Below, one piece after another: positions 36,301-49,900 of a stretch of DNA of 64,000 bases. This stretch comes from Raillietiella orientalis (taxonomy: Eukaryota). The stretch covers positions 1,550,001 to 1,614,000 of the forward strand of contig JAYWIR010000008.1 of assembly GCA_036172245.1 (NCBI GenBank). The letters are read 5' to 3'. Under the pieces are notes generated by a model. It was not told where the DNA came from, made no database searches, and was given only the letters and a program-made list of their open reading frames with translations. Positions within the stretch are counted from its first letter, which is position 1; each line of letters opens with the position of its first letter. Made by a program: the position numbers and the translations under genes.

Positions 36301-38088
36301 GCTGAAGATGTTTTTTTTTTTAAAAAAAAAAAAAGAAAGAAAGAAAGAAGGAAGGAAAGAGAAGAAAAGAAAAGGAAAATCGCGCTTTCTCCGTCAGTAA
36401 ATGGATTTTTTTTTTGGAATTATCATCATTACCGAAGCGACACTCAATCTCCAGAGCTCTTCTGAGTCTTCATCCCTGAAAGCTCATGTGTTCTTTCCGC
36501 CGAGGTTGCGGCGACGTTCTCTCGCCCATTCTGCATTCCAGACACGTGACCTGCCGGGAACCATCCCAATGCTCGAGGGAGCGGAAGGAAACCACAGATG
36601 GAACCGGACAAATTGTGGCAGAGCAATGGAGAATGTCCCCCCGGCCCTGCACCGCTTTCCCGACGGGAAAGCGGAAAAGAAGCAGGCGCCATTCGGACCA
36701 CTTTCCATCTTCACCTGCTCTCCTCTCGCGTCGGGTTCTGCTGGGATAGCAGAGGGAAAATGGTGGCCGGGAAATAGAGACGGCAAGTCCTGGATGCTCG
36801 AGGCACGGTGCCGATTAGTGCCAGAACGCTGCTCTTCGGGGAGGGAAGCTCAGTTTCGGCAAGCACCATAAAATGGGAACCGGTTGAAAGCCAGAGACCC
36901 TTCCCCACCCCCTTCCCCTTCTCCGTCTTCGGGCTTCGGAAAGCTCGTTCCGTGCCGTGACAAACGCCCGGATCATCCGGGAAGCGGCGCGGAAGAGAGG
37001 CATGGAGCTGTTGTGTTCCCTGCCACGAGAAGGTGGGCGGCTCCCACGCCCCGCTCCGTGCTCTGCGACTGCACAGGGGACGTCATGGTGGCCGCCTGGA
37101 AGGAAAGTTCCAGCGAGCCGGCTGCGAGTCTGGGCGGGCGGTGAGAGGCGCAGCGGCTGGTACCTCTGGAACGAAGAGTCATTTCCACTGCTTCCCCCGA
37201 AAGACTCCGTGCTTGATCTCCTGGGAGGCGGCATGAATCGCATTCTGCCTCGCGCGGCTGAGCGCCGGCGTGTGCTGGCTTGCGAGCCGCAATAGCGCCC
37301 TCAGCTTGGTCGCTTCCGTTCAGGGATCCCAGCTACATCGAAAAGACAAGGAGCCTTCCGCTCCACCTGGGTAGGTGCGCCAAAAACGACCGCTCAGGGA
37401 CGCCGCAGTCTCCCTCAAGGATACCTCCCCCATCCGTTGGAATCCCTCAGAGAGCCTCAAAGGTTCCTTCTCGCTTGCACGGATGCTCCCACCCGGCTCC
37501 ATCTATAGGAAGAAACCGCGCTGCAAAATGCACGCGAGGATGGCCAAGAGCACGTGCTGCGCACAGACGTCTATGCGCTTCCGTGTTGCCCCATTGAAAG
37601 ACATCGTGCGTGGAATTCGTCTTTGAAGCCTTGAACCCCATCCAGAGCTGGGTTTGCTTACACTGGATAACAACGCACACGTTGATGTCCGTCAAAGTAT
37701 CCAGCGGCCGTGCCGTCCGGCACGAATCGGCATAGCTGCTGGATGGCTCCCCCCTCAAAAAAGACCTCCCTTCAAATGACCTCACTCTGGTCCATAGAAG
37801 CCCATGCCATGCGGGGAGACTGCACCGAGCTTCGGCTCCACTTTCTCACCGATCCGCCTATCTCTTTCCTACTTCGGAGTTACCTATGCCACACTAGCGG
37901 GATACCCGTTCTCGGTACGAGGCCCATCAAGGAGGGAGGAGAAAGAAGGCTGCTTCTGCAGTGCTGCTGGGTGTGATCCCGAGAGTCCCAAATCCTCTCA
38001 CTTAGCACTCTTTTGTATGATTAGTCCTTGGTGTCGAGTCTCAAGGAGACCACCTGTCGGCTCTGGAAGGCGGATGCGAGGGACCAGT

Positions 38089-38150
38089 TAGCCTGCGTGG
38101 GCGTCCGTGAAGCCACGGCGTCGGCACTCCCGTCGAGGGTTCGAATGCCC
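38089..38150 (+). mobile_element. tRNA-derived SINE-like head (degenerate A and B boxes)
   Basis: TAGCCTGCGTGG (38089-38100) and GGTTCGAATGCC (38138-38149). It shares the 14-mer GTCGAGGGTTCGAA with the minus strand at 25301-25314. Confidence 0.35.
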
Positions 38151-38499
38151 ACAAAAGACCAATGCCGAGTTCGACCCGTCATGGCCTCCCGCGTAATGAC
38201 GCTGGGATGGCTCCAGATTCATGACTGGATTATCACCCGGATGCGCCGGGGCGTTTATTTCATATAAAAGTTAACATTCACAATCTCTGTGGTAACACTG
38301 GTGGTCCAGCTACGTCCTTTTCTGAACCCTGCCGTGTTACCGGTACGCAGATCGGTGAGGTCCTCCACGGCAGCAGAGGGGAAGGGGAAAACAAAACGAA
38401 AAGGAAACAGACATAAAGATAAAAAAATAAACTTGGGAGGGAGGGGGATGCAGGAAGGGATCACGTTCTTCTGGGAGCGGTCCTCTGCATCCTTTCGAA

Positions 38500-40900
38500 G
38501 ATGCCGGCAAGTTCTTGCTGGATGACGTTTCCCAGATGGGACCACCTTGTTTCCATCCTCATGAAGCGGACGGCGAAGTGGATGTGGCATGCCTGCCGCT
38601 CTGTCCTCCACTCGTGTTTGCTCCAGGCAGCCACAATTCCGCGTAGATGGCAGAGAGCTGCTACTGTCGACCTGAGGGACTCGTGTAGGAGGAGGGGTCG
38701 CAAACGGTCCCTGGAGTCGCCATTAGGGATTCATAGGGTCATGGCAAAGCGTTTCCAGGGGGATCGGAGGGCAACACAATCCACAGGCAGATGTGGAGGG
38801 TTCCTCTTTTCCCACACCTGGCACAGTTCGGGTCCACAGATACCCGTGTCAAGTGATGCTGGCGACGGAAGTGTCACGGGAGACCCCAGTACAGCAGCAT
38901 TACCGTCGACTCCTTCCACTTCAAGGGAAGGGGAGGAGCCACTGAAGATCTTCCTCCGGAATACCCAGTAGCTGGCTCCAGCGCAAAAGTCCTCAGGATA
39001 GGGCACTGGGGATCGCAGCGACTGTAAGCTGGACCGTCGTGCACTCACCCAGTCCTCTTCTTCTTACAGGGATTTCAACAATAACCTCCCATCTCGCCGC
39101 AGGGCTGCTGCCCATGTGTTCCCTAGGTACATGACTGGAAAAGTCCCACGTGGAAACACTGTCGAGCTGCTCTGACACCTCCGGGAGGTGAAGCAGTGGT
39201 CCTTCAGTGCTTCGCGAACCAAAGAAAAAAACAACGAACAAACAAAAAGCTGGAAGAGCGTGCAATACAGCAAAAGTAAATTGGGATTCCATCATCCTTC
39301 TATCGGAGGCTCTCCACGATGCAAAACCTGGTTGTGAAAGAGACCAACTAGGTTGTTATCCTGAGCTTGAAAATGCGGTGACAGTATTCGGAGTCGCCAG
39401 GGAGGAAAAGGAGCCCCGCTTGCCTTTCGCCAGAGTTTAGGCTGCGGCGAATGTCCCGGCAGTTAGGTTCTCTGGAATCATGGAACTCACGTAGTGAAGG
39501 AGTCTTGTAAGAGGACCGGGAACAATGCTTCCTGGCAGCGTGTGGATGGGACGCTACTCCATGAGCGCTTGCAAGGTGCGAACTCCTTGCTCCCAGAAGA
39601 ACACAAAGTGAAATCATGCTTGTTGCAGCAACCAGGGATGCTGGACCTTTGCGAGGAACTCCAGATCGAAACATCAAAGCACTCATTCCATGGAAGCAAA
39701 ATGAACCCGTGGCATCCGTCGTCTCGGCTGCCTTCCGTGAAACTCTCAATCCTGGCGCCAGTGCCAGCGTGAGAAGAGCCGATCAGCGACGGCGATGATG
39801 TTTTGGGAGGGCATGCGTGGCGCAAGAGGCTCATCATCAAGCGCCGCGCTGGCAACTCGAACGGGGTTTCCAAAAGGCATGGTAACGTGGTCGGGATCGA
39901 GGGAGCTTCCCGGGAAAACTGAAGCTGGGAGGGCGATCTGGGAGGTTAAATTGAATCCAAAGTCGGAGGAGGGAGTATTCGGAATAGCCAGGCGAGAGTA
40001 TACACCTCTCGTCTGGGGAGCAAACGAGCTGGAAGCCCTCTACGGTGCCTCACAACCAACCCTATTCCGGGAACGGATTGGAAGATGCGATATCGGATTC
40101 GGTGTTCCAGAGAGGCAGATGCATGACCGGGCTATCGTCAAGTGCTGCTCTGGATGAGACAAGACAGCCTAAAAAGTGTTGAGGATTGGTTCTTCTCTTC
40201 GCCGCCAAGAAGCACCTGCATCGGCGCGCGTGATGGCCTCAAGATCCTCGGGTATCCGTCAACGATGGCATAATAGGGGAACTCTAGATAGCTAGGTAAC
40301 AGGCAGAGGCACATCGGGTATAAGAATGACACTCTCGAACGGATGACAGTTCCAGGACATGTACTGGGAGCACAAGGTGGTTCACAAAGCCGGGACAAGC
40401 CTACCATTTCATGGACGGTATCCTCTTCAGGAGGAAGCGAAGAGATCAGATAGATGGCAGATAAGGTGGGCAATCCGTCCCGTGGTTAAGCCGAGACATA
40501 CAGTGGAACCATTGCCTCCTCCATCCTACCAATGAGCACCTGGTCCAGCCTGCTTAGAGACTGCAAAAGGACCCTGCATATCTTTGAGTCATGACATAGC
40601 TCATGGATGGCCGAGAGAACGGTCCTCCCTCTCCACTGGAGCACCAGAACGAACCCACACCTCCATCACACCGAAAGGAGGAGAGCCCGATTCATCCCTC
40701 GCTCCCATCTGCCGATAACGTCCCGGCCTTCGAGACTCCGAAGACTAAGGACCGCCCGCTTTGTTTCCACCACCATTGTGCTGTTGTTGCTTGAGACGAG
40801 TCTGACCACTTCTTTACCAGTTTAGCAACTGACTCTCCGCCCATTACTTGGTGTCCCTTCTGGTTGAGACACTCTTTTGAAACTGGACGGGATGCTTGGA
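38500..40900 (+). mobile_element. Degenerate non-LTR retrotransposon RT (R2-group-like)
   Basis: LHSCLLQAATIPRRWQRAATV and IHRVMAK (~38610-38750), IILLSEALHDAK..PELENA (~39290-39376, cf. LLxxxIxDAK..LDLxKAF), RLQG..LLP (~39565), DGDDVL (~39788), VKLNPKS (~39945) and WCPFW..ET (~40848, knuckle-like). Confidence 0.7.
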
Positions 40901-41449
40901 TGCTCACTTCTCATGTGAAAAGATGCTGGATCGAATTCTGGACGAAACTCTCCCGTCTCGATTCTCCTGAAAACTTCCTCAATTCCGGAACAAATCCATC
41001 CCTTCGGGTCTGTTCCCAGTTTCCATCTTATTGCAAGTCCTGTTCGCCGAAGGGCAGACTCCGTTGCGCTTCCGGGACTCCGAGAGTCCCTGCTTCCCTC
41101 GCGACATTGCTCTTCTCAGGCACCCAAAAACTCGGCTGTCTAAGGGAATGGGATGAGCAAAACTCAGAAGTGTGCCCTTCCTCCTCCTCTCCTCTTCCTT
41201 CCTTCCTCCTTGCTTCCACGGCAGCTGCGGACAACTAGGAAGGCTACGTTGGATCTCAGCGAGGAGGAGACGAGCTTTCGACAAGCCTCCCTTTGATGCG
41301 CGTAGGCACCAGGAGCACGGAGGCTTCCCTCGGGGAATCCTCAGACCCGCGGCGCAGTGGCATCGCCTCCGTTGCTGGTGAGCGTCCTCGACGCCTCCGC
41401 GAAGCCAGTCTCGCCATCTCCCGCTTCCATATCGCTACCACTGCCGCCT

Positions 41450-42060
41450 TCGCCGCGTTCCTGGAAACATCTGCCTCTTTTCTTGAGGTCATCAAGCCCT
41501 CAGGTGGCTCCTTCCGGTGGCTGTGAGACTGAATGGGTGCTGAGGATCATCTCGTATCCCCTCCTTCGCCCGAATTCCTCACTCCGGCCTCCCAGATCCA
41601 CTTCTCCTTCTTCCTGGAACTACCCGAAAAAAAGAAGAAATTCCTTGCTTTGTCTCCTTGTCAGGAACTTCCTCGCCTCAGCAACCGACCTCAACCAGAA
41701 GAGATCTTCCCGCGGGAGGACCGTTTCCAATACGGCCGTGGCTGTCAGGGAGGAAAGGGAGGGCTTCGTCCCGTCGTCTGGGATATCCGTGCGCGCTTGG
41801 TTTCTCGGTCCAACTGGGACTTCTGACCAATCTCCCGACCTCCATTGAGGCGCGAAGCTCGGCCCCTGTTAGGAGACGCGCGCGTGGCCCAGCGGGAACG
41901 TCAGAGAGAGAGGGAGCACGCCTCGCCTCGTTCCAGCGTGTACGTGGAAGGCGGGGTGGGGCGTGGCGCGGCGACTCATCCGCCGAGCGCCAACCACCAT
42001 ATCCGGAAGTCCATAATGAGGAAGAAGAGGACCAAATGTATCACTTTTTCCTGTGTCCGA
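41450..42060 (+). mobile_element. DIRS-like (or LTR-type) RT fragment
   Basis: FLEVIKPSGGSFRWL*D (~41478, cf. FLVPKxxGxFRxIxD), FFLELPEKKKKFLAL, RFQY, GISVRAWFL and RKSIM..CITF (~42004) in RT order. Confidence 0.6.
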
Positions 42061-45000
42061 CATTCCCGAGCAGTATCCTTCTCCCGTAATTGCTGTTCTC
42101 CGCGCGAGCTTACTAATTCCAGTGCTTTCGTTCGGTTGCCTGGAAACCGTGCGGCTGACGGATCGCATAATTTCCGGAGCCTTCATCCCGGCGCCGGGGA
42201 CCGAGATCGCCTCTCCCGATTCGGAGGGGAACGGGCTCGCTGGCTCCCTCCCGTCCTCGCCTGGGATGTCGCCATGCGACAACTCCCCGCCTCCCTCCCC
42301 CCTCTCCCCGCATCTCCGGACGACTAGGAGAGCAGCCGCTGGGTGTCGCAAGATGGAGAGGGAAGGGGAGGAGGGCAGCATCTCTCTAGAGAAAGGAGAG
42401 AGTTCTCGTTTACGCACTCACACGGAATTCATGGGGAGGGAAGGGAAGGGTGGGTTCGGCAGAGCTTCCCTGCCTCCCTCGGCGGGGAATCAGCATCTGA
42501 AGAAACACAGGAGAGAGCTGTCACGGCGACGAACAGTTTCAGGACCGCTCTTCTGTTCCCCCTCTCCCCTTCCGCTGCGCACTCACGTTCCCCCCTCCCC
42601 ATTCCGTCGCGACGGCATAGCCGCTCACGCGACTTTGCGGCGAGACCCGGTGGCCGGCAGCGCCCTCGAGCCGCTCCCACCCCCATCCTCATCGCGGTCA
42701 GATCCTCTAGAGAGCCGGATCTCCCTTCTAATCTGTTTGCAGGATCTCTGCTTACGGAATCAAGGAAGAACAATGGGGGATTCTCCGGGAGGGCAGGGAG
42801 GCATGGAGTGGAGGAGGGGGAGACGGCGAGGAACGGAATCCCGGGTGTGCGGCGGCACAAAACGTCGCCGAAGATCCAGTAGGCGATAGTGAGCCAGTCC
42901 ACGAGCTCCCTAGCCCCGCTCATTGTTCCCGATCTAGGGAGAAAAAGGGAGGGGGGGAGGAAGGAGCATCCCCCCCATTCATTCATTCTCCGCGAGCACC
43001 TCCCCCACTCCTCAGACGATGTCGGGACGAGATAACGCGCCCTGCCGCGCGCGCGTTCCCCGAGAATCCCGGACTGCCATGGAGACGAGATGTTGAGCAA
43101 ACAAACACACGCGGGAGATGCGTATCAGCGCCCGCTGTCACCGCGCGCACGCAGGCTGCGCGTCCGCCCCCACCCACCTGCCGCCAAGGGAAACGCTCCC
43201 CCTGGAGTCCGGGAGCTCCGAGCGCGGGGAACCCTCCGTCCGCGCGCTGCCTTCGCCACGGCAGCGGCTCCCATCCCGCGCTCTTCGCGCTCGCACAGGC
43301 GAGCGACGATCCAGAGCTCGCCCTCTGCCCGGCCGGCTGCTGCGATGTTGACAGAGTTTCCCAGGGGAGGAACAAGGCAGCCACTCTGCCGCAGAGGGAA
43401 GAGGAGCGCGCCATCCCTAAGAAACTTAGCCATTCAGGAAGAGACGTGGGAGTTCTCTTGCCCTCAGGCTTTCGTTTTCCACTCTCTCCCCCTCCCCCTG
43501 CTGAGATGGGACGGCCCGCACCGTTTGCCCACGCCCTTTCTCTTCCCTCCCTCCTCGCAGACCGGACCCGCAGCGCGTGCACCCATCGTCTTCGCCTCCA
43601 GGATCCACTTCCTTCACATGACCATCGCTGCTAGGCAACAAACGAGGCGGAAGAGTTTCCCTACGAGTCTCTTCGCTCGTGGGCGCCACACAAGCAGGAC
43701 CATCACCCCAGTAGATGCGCCACGCGACGCTATCTGCTCGTCTCCCCTCTCACGTCCGCCAGCCACGGTGGAAAGTGAGCCACGAAGGGACCTGAAGGCT
43801 CCTCCCAAAGGGTTCTCGCAAAAGCGGTTCTTCTCACCTCCTCCATCTGCCTCCATTTCTCCCCCCCCCTTCTTCTCGCTTCCTCTTCCGTCTCTCCACC
43901 TGGCGCTGCTGCCGTCCGTCCAAATCTGCAGCGTGCTGTCGGCAGTTCCTACGCGAGTTTGCGGCGGCTTTTGCTATGACGAATCTTACCTTTTTTCTCG
44001 ATCTTCCTTTTCTTTTTTTGTGAGTTCTTTTCTTTCTTTCTGTCTTTTTTTTTGGTTTTACGACCGCCGTTGTCTTTAGCGGCGGCCGGAGTAGCGGAGG
44101 CTTCCCTCTGGTGCTTTTCCTTCCCTCCCTTTCCTTTCCCCGCCCTTCTCGCGCCTTGCCGCGCAGGATCTCCAGAGCAAGGATGCTCTCCGTACTCGGT
44201 CTCAGAGAGACTTTCCTGGAAGGGCTGAAGGAACCAGCCGGAAGGAGAAGGAGGGGAGATACCGTATCTGTCGCGCCTAGAGCGCCTCAACGCGAGCGCG
44301 GGGATCCGCGGAGGCTGGCGGCAGTAGCAGCCGCCTTGTCGTCTGGTCACGTGCGCTGAGGCCGCGGATAGCTGGAGGATTGCACCGAGGGACCCCTCCC
44401 CCCTTTCTCTTCCCCGTCTTTCCCCATCTCCTTCGCGAGTGGGCAGACGGGCCTTGCGTGAGTGGTGGGGTCCGAAACCTGGCGCCTTCTCGCGCCCACT
44501 CACACGAGCGCCCACCACCGCGTATGAGCATCATATTTGGTGTGGGGCAGCAGAAGGGCAACCCCGAGAGCTCAGGGAGGGCTAAGGAGGATTCGATCGG
44601 CAGAGCTGGGAAACGCTTGCCACCTTTTCCTGGTCCCAATCCGTGACCTCGCCCTGCTCGGGCATGCATTCGGTCGCGATGCCATCCGGTCCACCCACGT
44701 CTACTTTCTTTTTCTTCCCTTTCCTTAGGTGGTGGAAGAGAACTGGGAGAGAGTGTGGAACGGAAACGAAAAGGGGAGAGGAGAAAGAGGGAGGAGTCAA
44801 ATCGATGCCGTTACACGGTAACGATGAGCATCACACGCCGAGGAGCGTGCAGACCCCGGAAAAGACAATGGTTTCCGTGCAGCGGTTCTTCAAGAGCCGA
44901 AGAAGCAGTCTCTGTCACCCTGGAAACGGCACTGCCAATGTTTTTCTGCCGTGAGCCACGAGTTCCTTCGTCCCCAGACAGACGAGCGTTCCCGCATCGA

Positions 45001-45899
45001 AGCTCCCCCTCGCGACAAGCGCGAGGCTCACCTCCTTCCCGAAGGTCCACTGCGACCTACCTTGAAGGCAGTGCTCTCCTTGGGACGAGGCTGAGGAAGG
45101 GTTCCGATCCTCCTCATCTCCTCATCCCCTCGCTTCGTCGTCCTGGAGTTCTTCGGAGCTGCGGCTCGCCATCGAAATTCCAGGACTGCCCTCACACCTG
45201 GAGGGAAGATCCTGACCTAGCGGATCAGAGAGGTTACCTAAATTCTTCCCCTAGGGAATATAAGGAACGTGAGGGGAGAGAATGGGAAGAGTGACCGGAA
45301 ATCCTCTCACTTTCCCTGCTCCCTTTCTCACAGGAGTCCCGGCGAGAGGCAGAGTCGGTTTGCCAATTCTCCCCTCGGCTGTCTCCCTTGGACGCTGGAG
45401 AGAAAAAATCTCCCCGGACCTCCCCTCTCAAGAAGGGTGATGCTCTGGGGGTGGAGTAAGAGCAATCCCCTCTGGGTAGGATGCATCCCAAACTTCTGGA
45501 GATCTAGCGCTGCTTCTTCTTCCTACCTGATGAGTTCCTCGTGAAGGTGGCTACTGCCAAAGTCGGTCTCCACGATAAACCACTAACGACGGAGGCGCTT
45601 TCTGGGGAGTAGGGACTTCTGGTCGGTCTCTGGAGCTGCGCTTCTCCATCTCCCTTCAGTCTTCCTCCTGCACAATCGAATTGCTCCAGGTTGGATGATC
45701 CTCTGCCTTCCACCTTTCCCCACCCTCTTACCCTAAGGCATGCATGGACTGCTCCCGCCTGAACCTTGGGACGTTGCAGGCCTCTTGAGTGCAAGAATAG
45801 GAACAGGAAGAGAAAAATTGGGACCTGCTAATGGCGGTGCCCTCCCTTTACTGCCCTTCCTTCGTAGGGTTCACGGAGGGGAGAAGGCACGCGAGGTTC

Positions 45900-48800
45900 G
45901 CCGTTATCCCGTCCCGAATTCGCTCTGCTCTCCTCCCCGTTGCCTCCTCTCTTTCTCTTCATGGTCGGAAGAGCCGAAGAAGAAGAGTTCCACCTCCTCC
46001 TGGGAAGACGGAAGTCTCTCTGCAAGGAAGTTCGTTCGGTCCTCCTGCGGCTGCCCTAAATAAGCAGGAGGAACAGCCTCGATGATTTCTTGCAGCGCGC
46101 AGGGATGTATGCCTGCATCCAAGCGGGAGAGCCAGAAGAGCCGCCTCAGACTTCTATCGTGAACGATCCGGGAGAGTTCTTGGACCACGCTAGGACGGGA
46201 GTCAGGGCAACGCTCGCGAGGAGGATTGAAGGAAGACGTGCTCAAAGCAACGACAGGAAGCGAGGAATCGCTCGGAAGGTGGCGCCTTCGAAGAGAGCGC
46301 TCCTCGCCCTCGAGGATCCTCCTCTCTTCGGCGGACCGGACTCGTTCTTCGCTGCCGCCGCCACTGTTTCTTGATCGTGCTCCGTGACGTTGGCTCCATC
46401 CTGTTGGAAGCGACCTGCGGAGTTTCTCTCGCTCTAGTGATGCGTCATGGGTCGGTTGCAACGAAGGAGTCTGGAGCCAAGTGCTCGCCAAAGCCCAGAG
46501 AGGTCTCCTCGACGGCAATCGAGGGCAACGGGGAAGGTGGCTCAACGCAGCGAGACGCACAGCTCTCAAGCGCACTCTCAGTAAACCCGGCAGCGACCGG
46601 AGGATTTTCCGGGTTTCTTCCTCCCTTCCCGTCTTTTTTCTTTTTCTTCTTCCCTTTTTTCTGAGGGAGGAGGAGGAGGAGAAGGAAAGAGAATCCAGAA
46701 TAGAAGAGACGGTGTTCCCGCTTCCCTTCCTCCTCCATTTGACTTCGTTCCGCGCTGCGATGACAACGGAAAGCTCGGAGTACAGCCCGACAACATGCAA
46801 ATATCGACGCCAAAGAATACGCAGATCGATGAAGCTGGAAGACATGAGCCGACGGGAAGCGGAAGGACAACGGATGAACGTCACGGTAAGTTTCAGAACT
46901 TCTTGCCCTTTTTATCCCGAAGAGGGAAGAAAAGGAGGAGGAGGAGGAAAACAGGAATAAAGAAGGGCAGCGGGAAGGGGAGAAAGGGAGGGAGTAGGTG
47001 GAAATGGAGAATAGGAAGAGAAACGGAAAGTTAGGGAAAAAAGAAGATTGCCTTTCTTCTGCACCCTTTGCCGTCTCCAGCACATGCAGGGGGAACGATG
47101 GACCAGATCCTACAACGATCTGGCTGCCTTCCTCGCCGCCCTCTCGGGTCTGCCTTGCGAATGGACGGCAGAAGCGATCGAGACGCGCAGATACTGCTTT
47201 GGAGCGCTCCAGCGTTCCCAGTAAGCGGTATCACCCATGTCAGAGGAGGACGCCACCGCTCCGGGAGGCGAGAGAAAGGAAGGGCGTGAGAGCAACAACA
47301 TCTTCCGTTCCGTTACTGGAGCAGGGTAAGGATGAGTTTGGGAAAGTAAAAGAAGGTCAGTCGTCGCCCTTTCAAGTGCAGCCAAAGTGCAATTGCTATT
47401 CCTTGCTCTGTCCTCTTCTGTGGATGCATTCTGCCCTTCCCGCAGACCCCCTACGGTGCGAAAGAGATGACTCTGGCTGCGGGAGCTACCATCCTTCCCT
47501 ACTTCCAGAGCATCGACCCAGCTCTGCAGATGAAGAAGGAACAGTAAGAGGAGGAGGGCACGGACGCGTCCTTTAGCGGTCTCGCTTTCCGGTCGCGGTC
47601 AGCCTCCGCGATCGGCGGCCGGCGGCGGCGACGGCGTGAGGTGCGCGGCAGGAAGAAGTCCAGACGGGCAGCCGACAGACCTCTCAGGGTGCCTCCTCCT
47701 CGTCTTCGACTGTCTGCGCCTTTTCCCGCTTCCCACGGCGTCCCCCCCCCTTTCATCTCATCTCCTGTTCGCCCCCCTCCCTGTCTCGCTTCGGCACGCT
47801 TTGCCCCGCCCTCTGAGTAAAGCGATTCGTTTTACGGGCGAAGCCAACCGACTAGGGAGTAGTATCACCAGCCTCTCTCCCTCTCCTCCTCCATCTCCTC
47901 TTCCCCCCCCCCCTCGTTTCTCGACCGTCCAGCAGCTACGGTGGTCACCTTCATTCCGTCTGAGCGCGCCTGCGTCAGACCCCTCCCCCCTGCCCATCTT
48001 GAGTCCTTGTCTTCGCCTCTCCCCTTCTCCTTGGCTACGACAGTCTCAAGCGGTGACTCCGAGGACGCGGCGAAAAGAGCTCCCTTCATTCCCTACCGAT
48101 CCTCTTTTCCTGGGATCGGAATTTCAGGGCAGCGACCCGGGCTCTGGCGGGTGGCAGACCTCTACTAGGGTTCGCGCCTTGGGTACGAAACGAGCCAGGA
48201 GATCCTTCGGTTGCGGGAAAGAAGAACTGCAGGAGCCTTACTTTAACCCTTTACTCCCCATCCTCCCCTGAGCTCTCCCAGGTCCGGAGCAAGAGACAAG
48301 CGGAGAGAAGAAAGGGTGAGAAGGACAACCAAAAAGATCCAGAGAGAGGGAACCAAGAATTCAAGGGTTTGAGATGGGCGAGAGGTGGGCGGGACGCGCA
48401 AATTCCCCTTACAAAGAGGACTCGGGAACTCTTGTACACCCCAGGGGAAGGGAACTTCCCGATTTGGCGTCCCCCCCTTCTCGGTGCCGCAAGGGAGCGA
48501 TAAAAAAAAAGAAGGGGATAGAAGAGAGGAAGGAAATACCCGGGAAAGGATGAGCGGTGGTCGGGATAGCCGAAGACAGCGAGTCCGCTGAATGGTGCGA
48601 CGGTCGCGGTCCGCGGCCCCGAAGGAGGGAGACCCTGAGAAAAGGCAGCGACCTGAAAGTCACGCACGAACTTCCGCACTGCTGAGCGACGCCAGAGAGC
48701 CACCTCGTGGCCGGCACTCGCGACGCCAGGCGCCGTCACGAGCGTTCTTGCCCGCCCTGCCTTGGACCTTCCCCCTTCTTTCTTTCCCCAAAAGTGCCAG

Positions 48801-49900
48801 AGGGGCTCAAGCGTTCTCTGAAAGGCCGCTGGCGTGAAAAGCGGGAAACAGGAAGAAAACCAGAGGAACCAGCAGCACGGATGGCATCAGCAGCATCCGA
48901 CTGAGGCAGCAGACCGGAGGGGATCGGACCGTTTGGGGGCGACCATTCCTTCCTCCCCTCCAGAAGCAGTGGACCCTTCCAGAGAGTGGTTTCCAGAACT
49001 AGAGGGAACTTTCCAAGCTCCGGGAGAACCAGCCTTCTTTCTTCCGCTCTCCCCAGCAGTTCTCTCCGGAGGCAGGAAGAAAGGAAGGAGGCGACTGCGG
49101 GGTTCATCTCCCTCGCCCTCTCACATCTCGGAAACGGTAAACCTTTGGTCAGCTTCTCTCCGGGAATCTTTCCCTAGGTTCGTGGAGCACCTTGAGGGGC
49201 GAAGCGTCCGGGAGCACAGGAGGAGCGAACCGAGCAGTAGCAGCGGTATCCCGACCAGCTGCGTCATGCGGCGGAGGCTCCTTGACTCCCGTCAGTCCGT
49301 TCCGAGCGCTCCCTGCTGGTCACGCCCGCACCGCGCGCTCATCGAAGGCAGAAGCCGCCTGGACTCGCGCTCTCGGACAAACGGGAGCGCAAGAAGGGGC
49401 GAAAACCGAGCGAGTTGGGAGCAGGTCAGCTATCAAAGTCAAAGAGCGTGCGCACGGAGTTGGAAGAGATGGCCAGCGGACGAGCGGGCGTTCCGTAGTG
49501 CTGCGAAGCAGCAGCAGTGTCCTCACTTCCGGGACCGCTGCCGCTGCTGATTCCAGAGAGTCCCGCTTCAGAGGCAGAGGTCACTTTTCCTCTTCCCTCC
49601 CTCGATATCGACGAAAGGCGCGAAAGGCTTCAGTCACAAACCTGGAAGGGAGGACGAGAGGGATCCCCCTCCCCCCTTCCTGTCCCGTCGACAGAGGACG
49701 AGCGCGCGACATGGGATGCCATCTCGTGGGAAGGACACAAGTCAGTGATTGTTGTGGAGTTCAACCAGGTCTCTTTCAAATGCTGGGGAGACAGAACGGT
49801 ACCGGACGGCAGGATTCGGAAGTGCAGGAGCAGATGAAGGGAAGACGCCCAGCCGCTGAGTTCGTGCGAAGGTCCAGAGCGCGGATTTCTAGGATCTCGT
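45900..49900 (+). mobile_element. Degenerate DIRS1-like retrotransposon (gag end, RT start, RNase H, MT-like, YR start)
   Basis: SKRALLALEDPPLFG (~46288), PLLEQG..CYSLL (~47310-47408), SDPGSGGW (~48131, cf. TDASxxGWG), KEE..YFNPL (cf. EE..HINxLE), KDN, LYTPGEGN (~48431), AFLPALPWTFPLLSFP (~48741), EWFPEL (~48984) and TWDAI (~49709). Confidence 0.6.
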
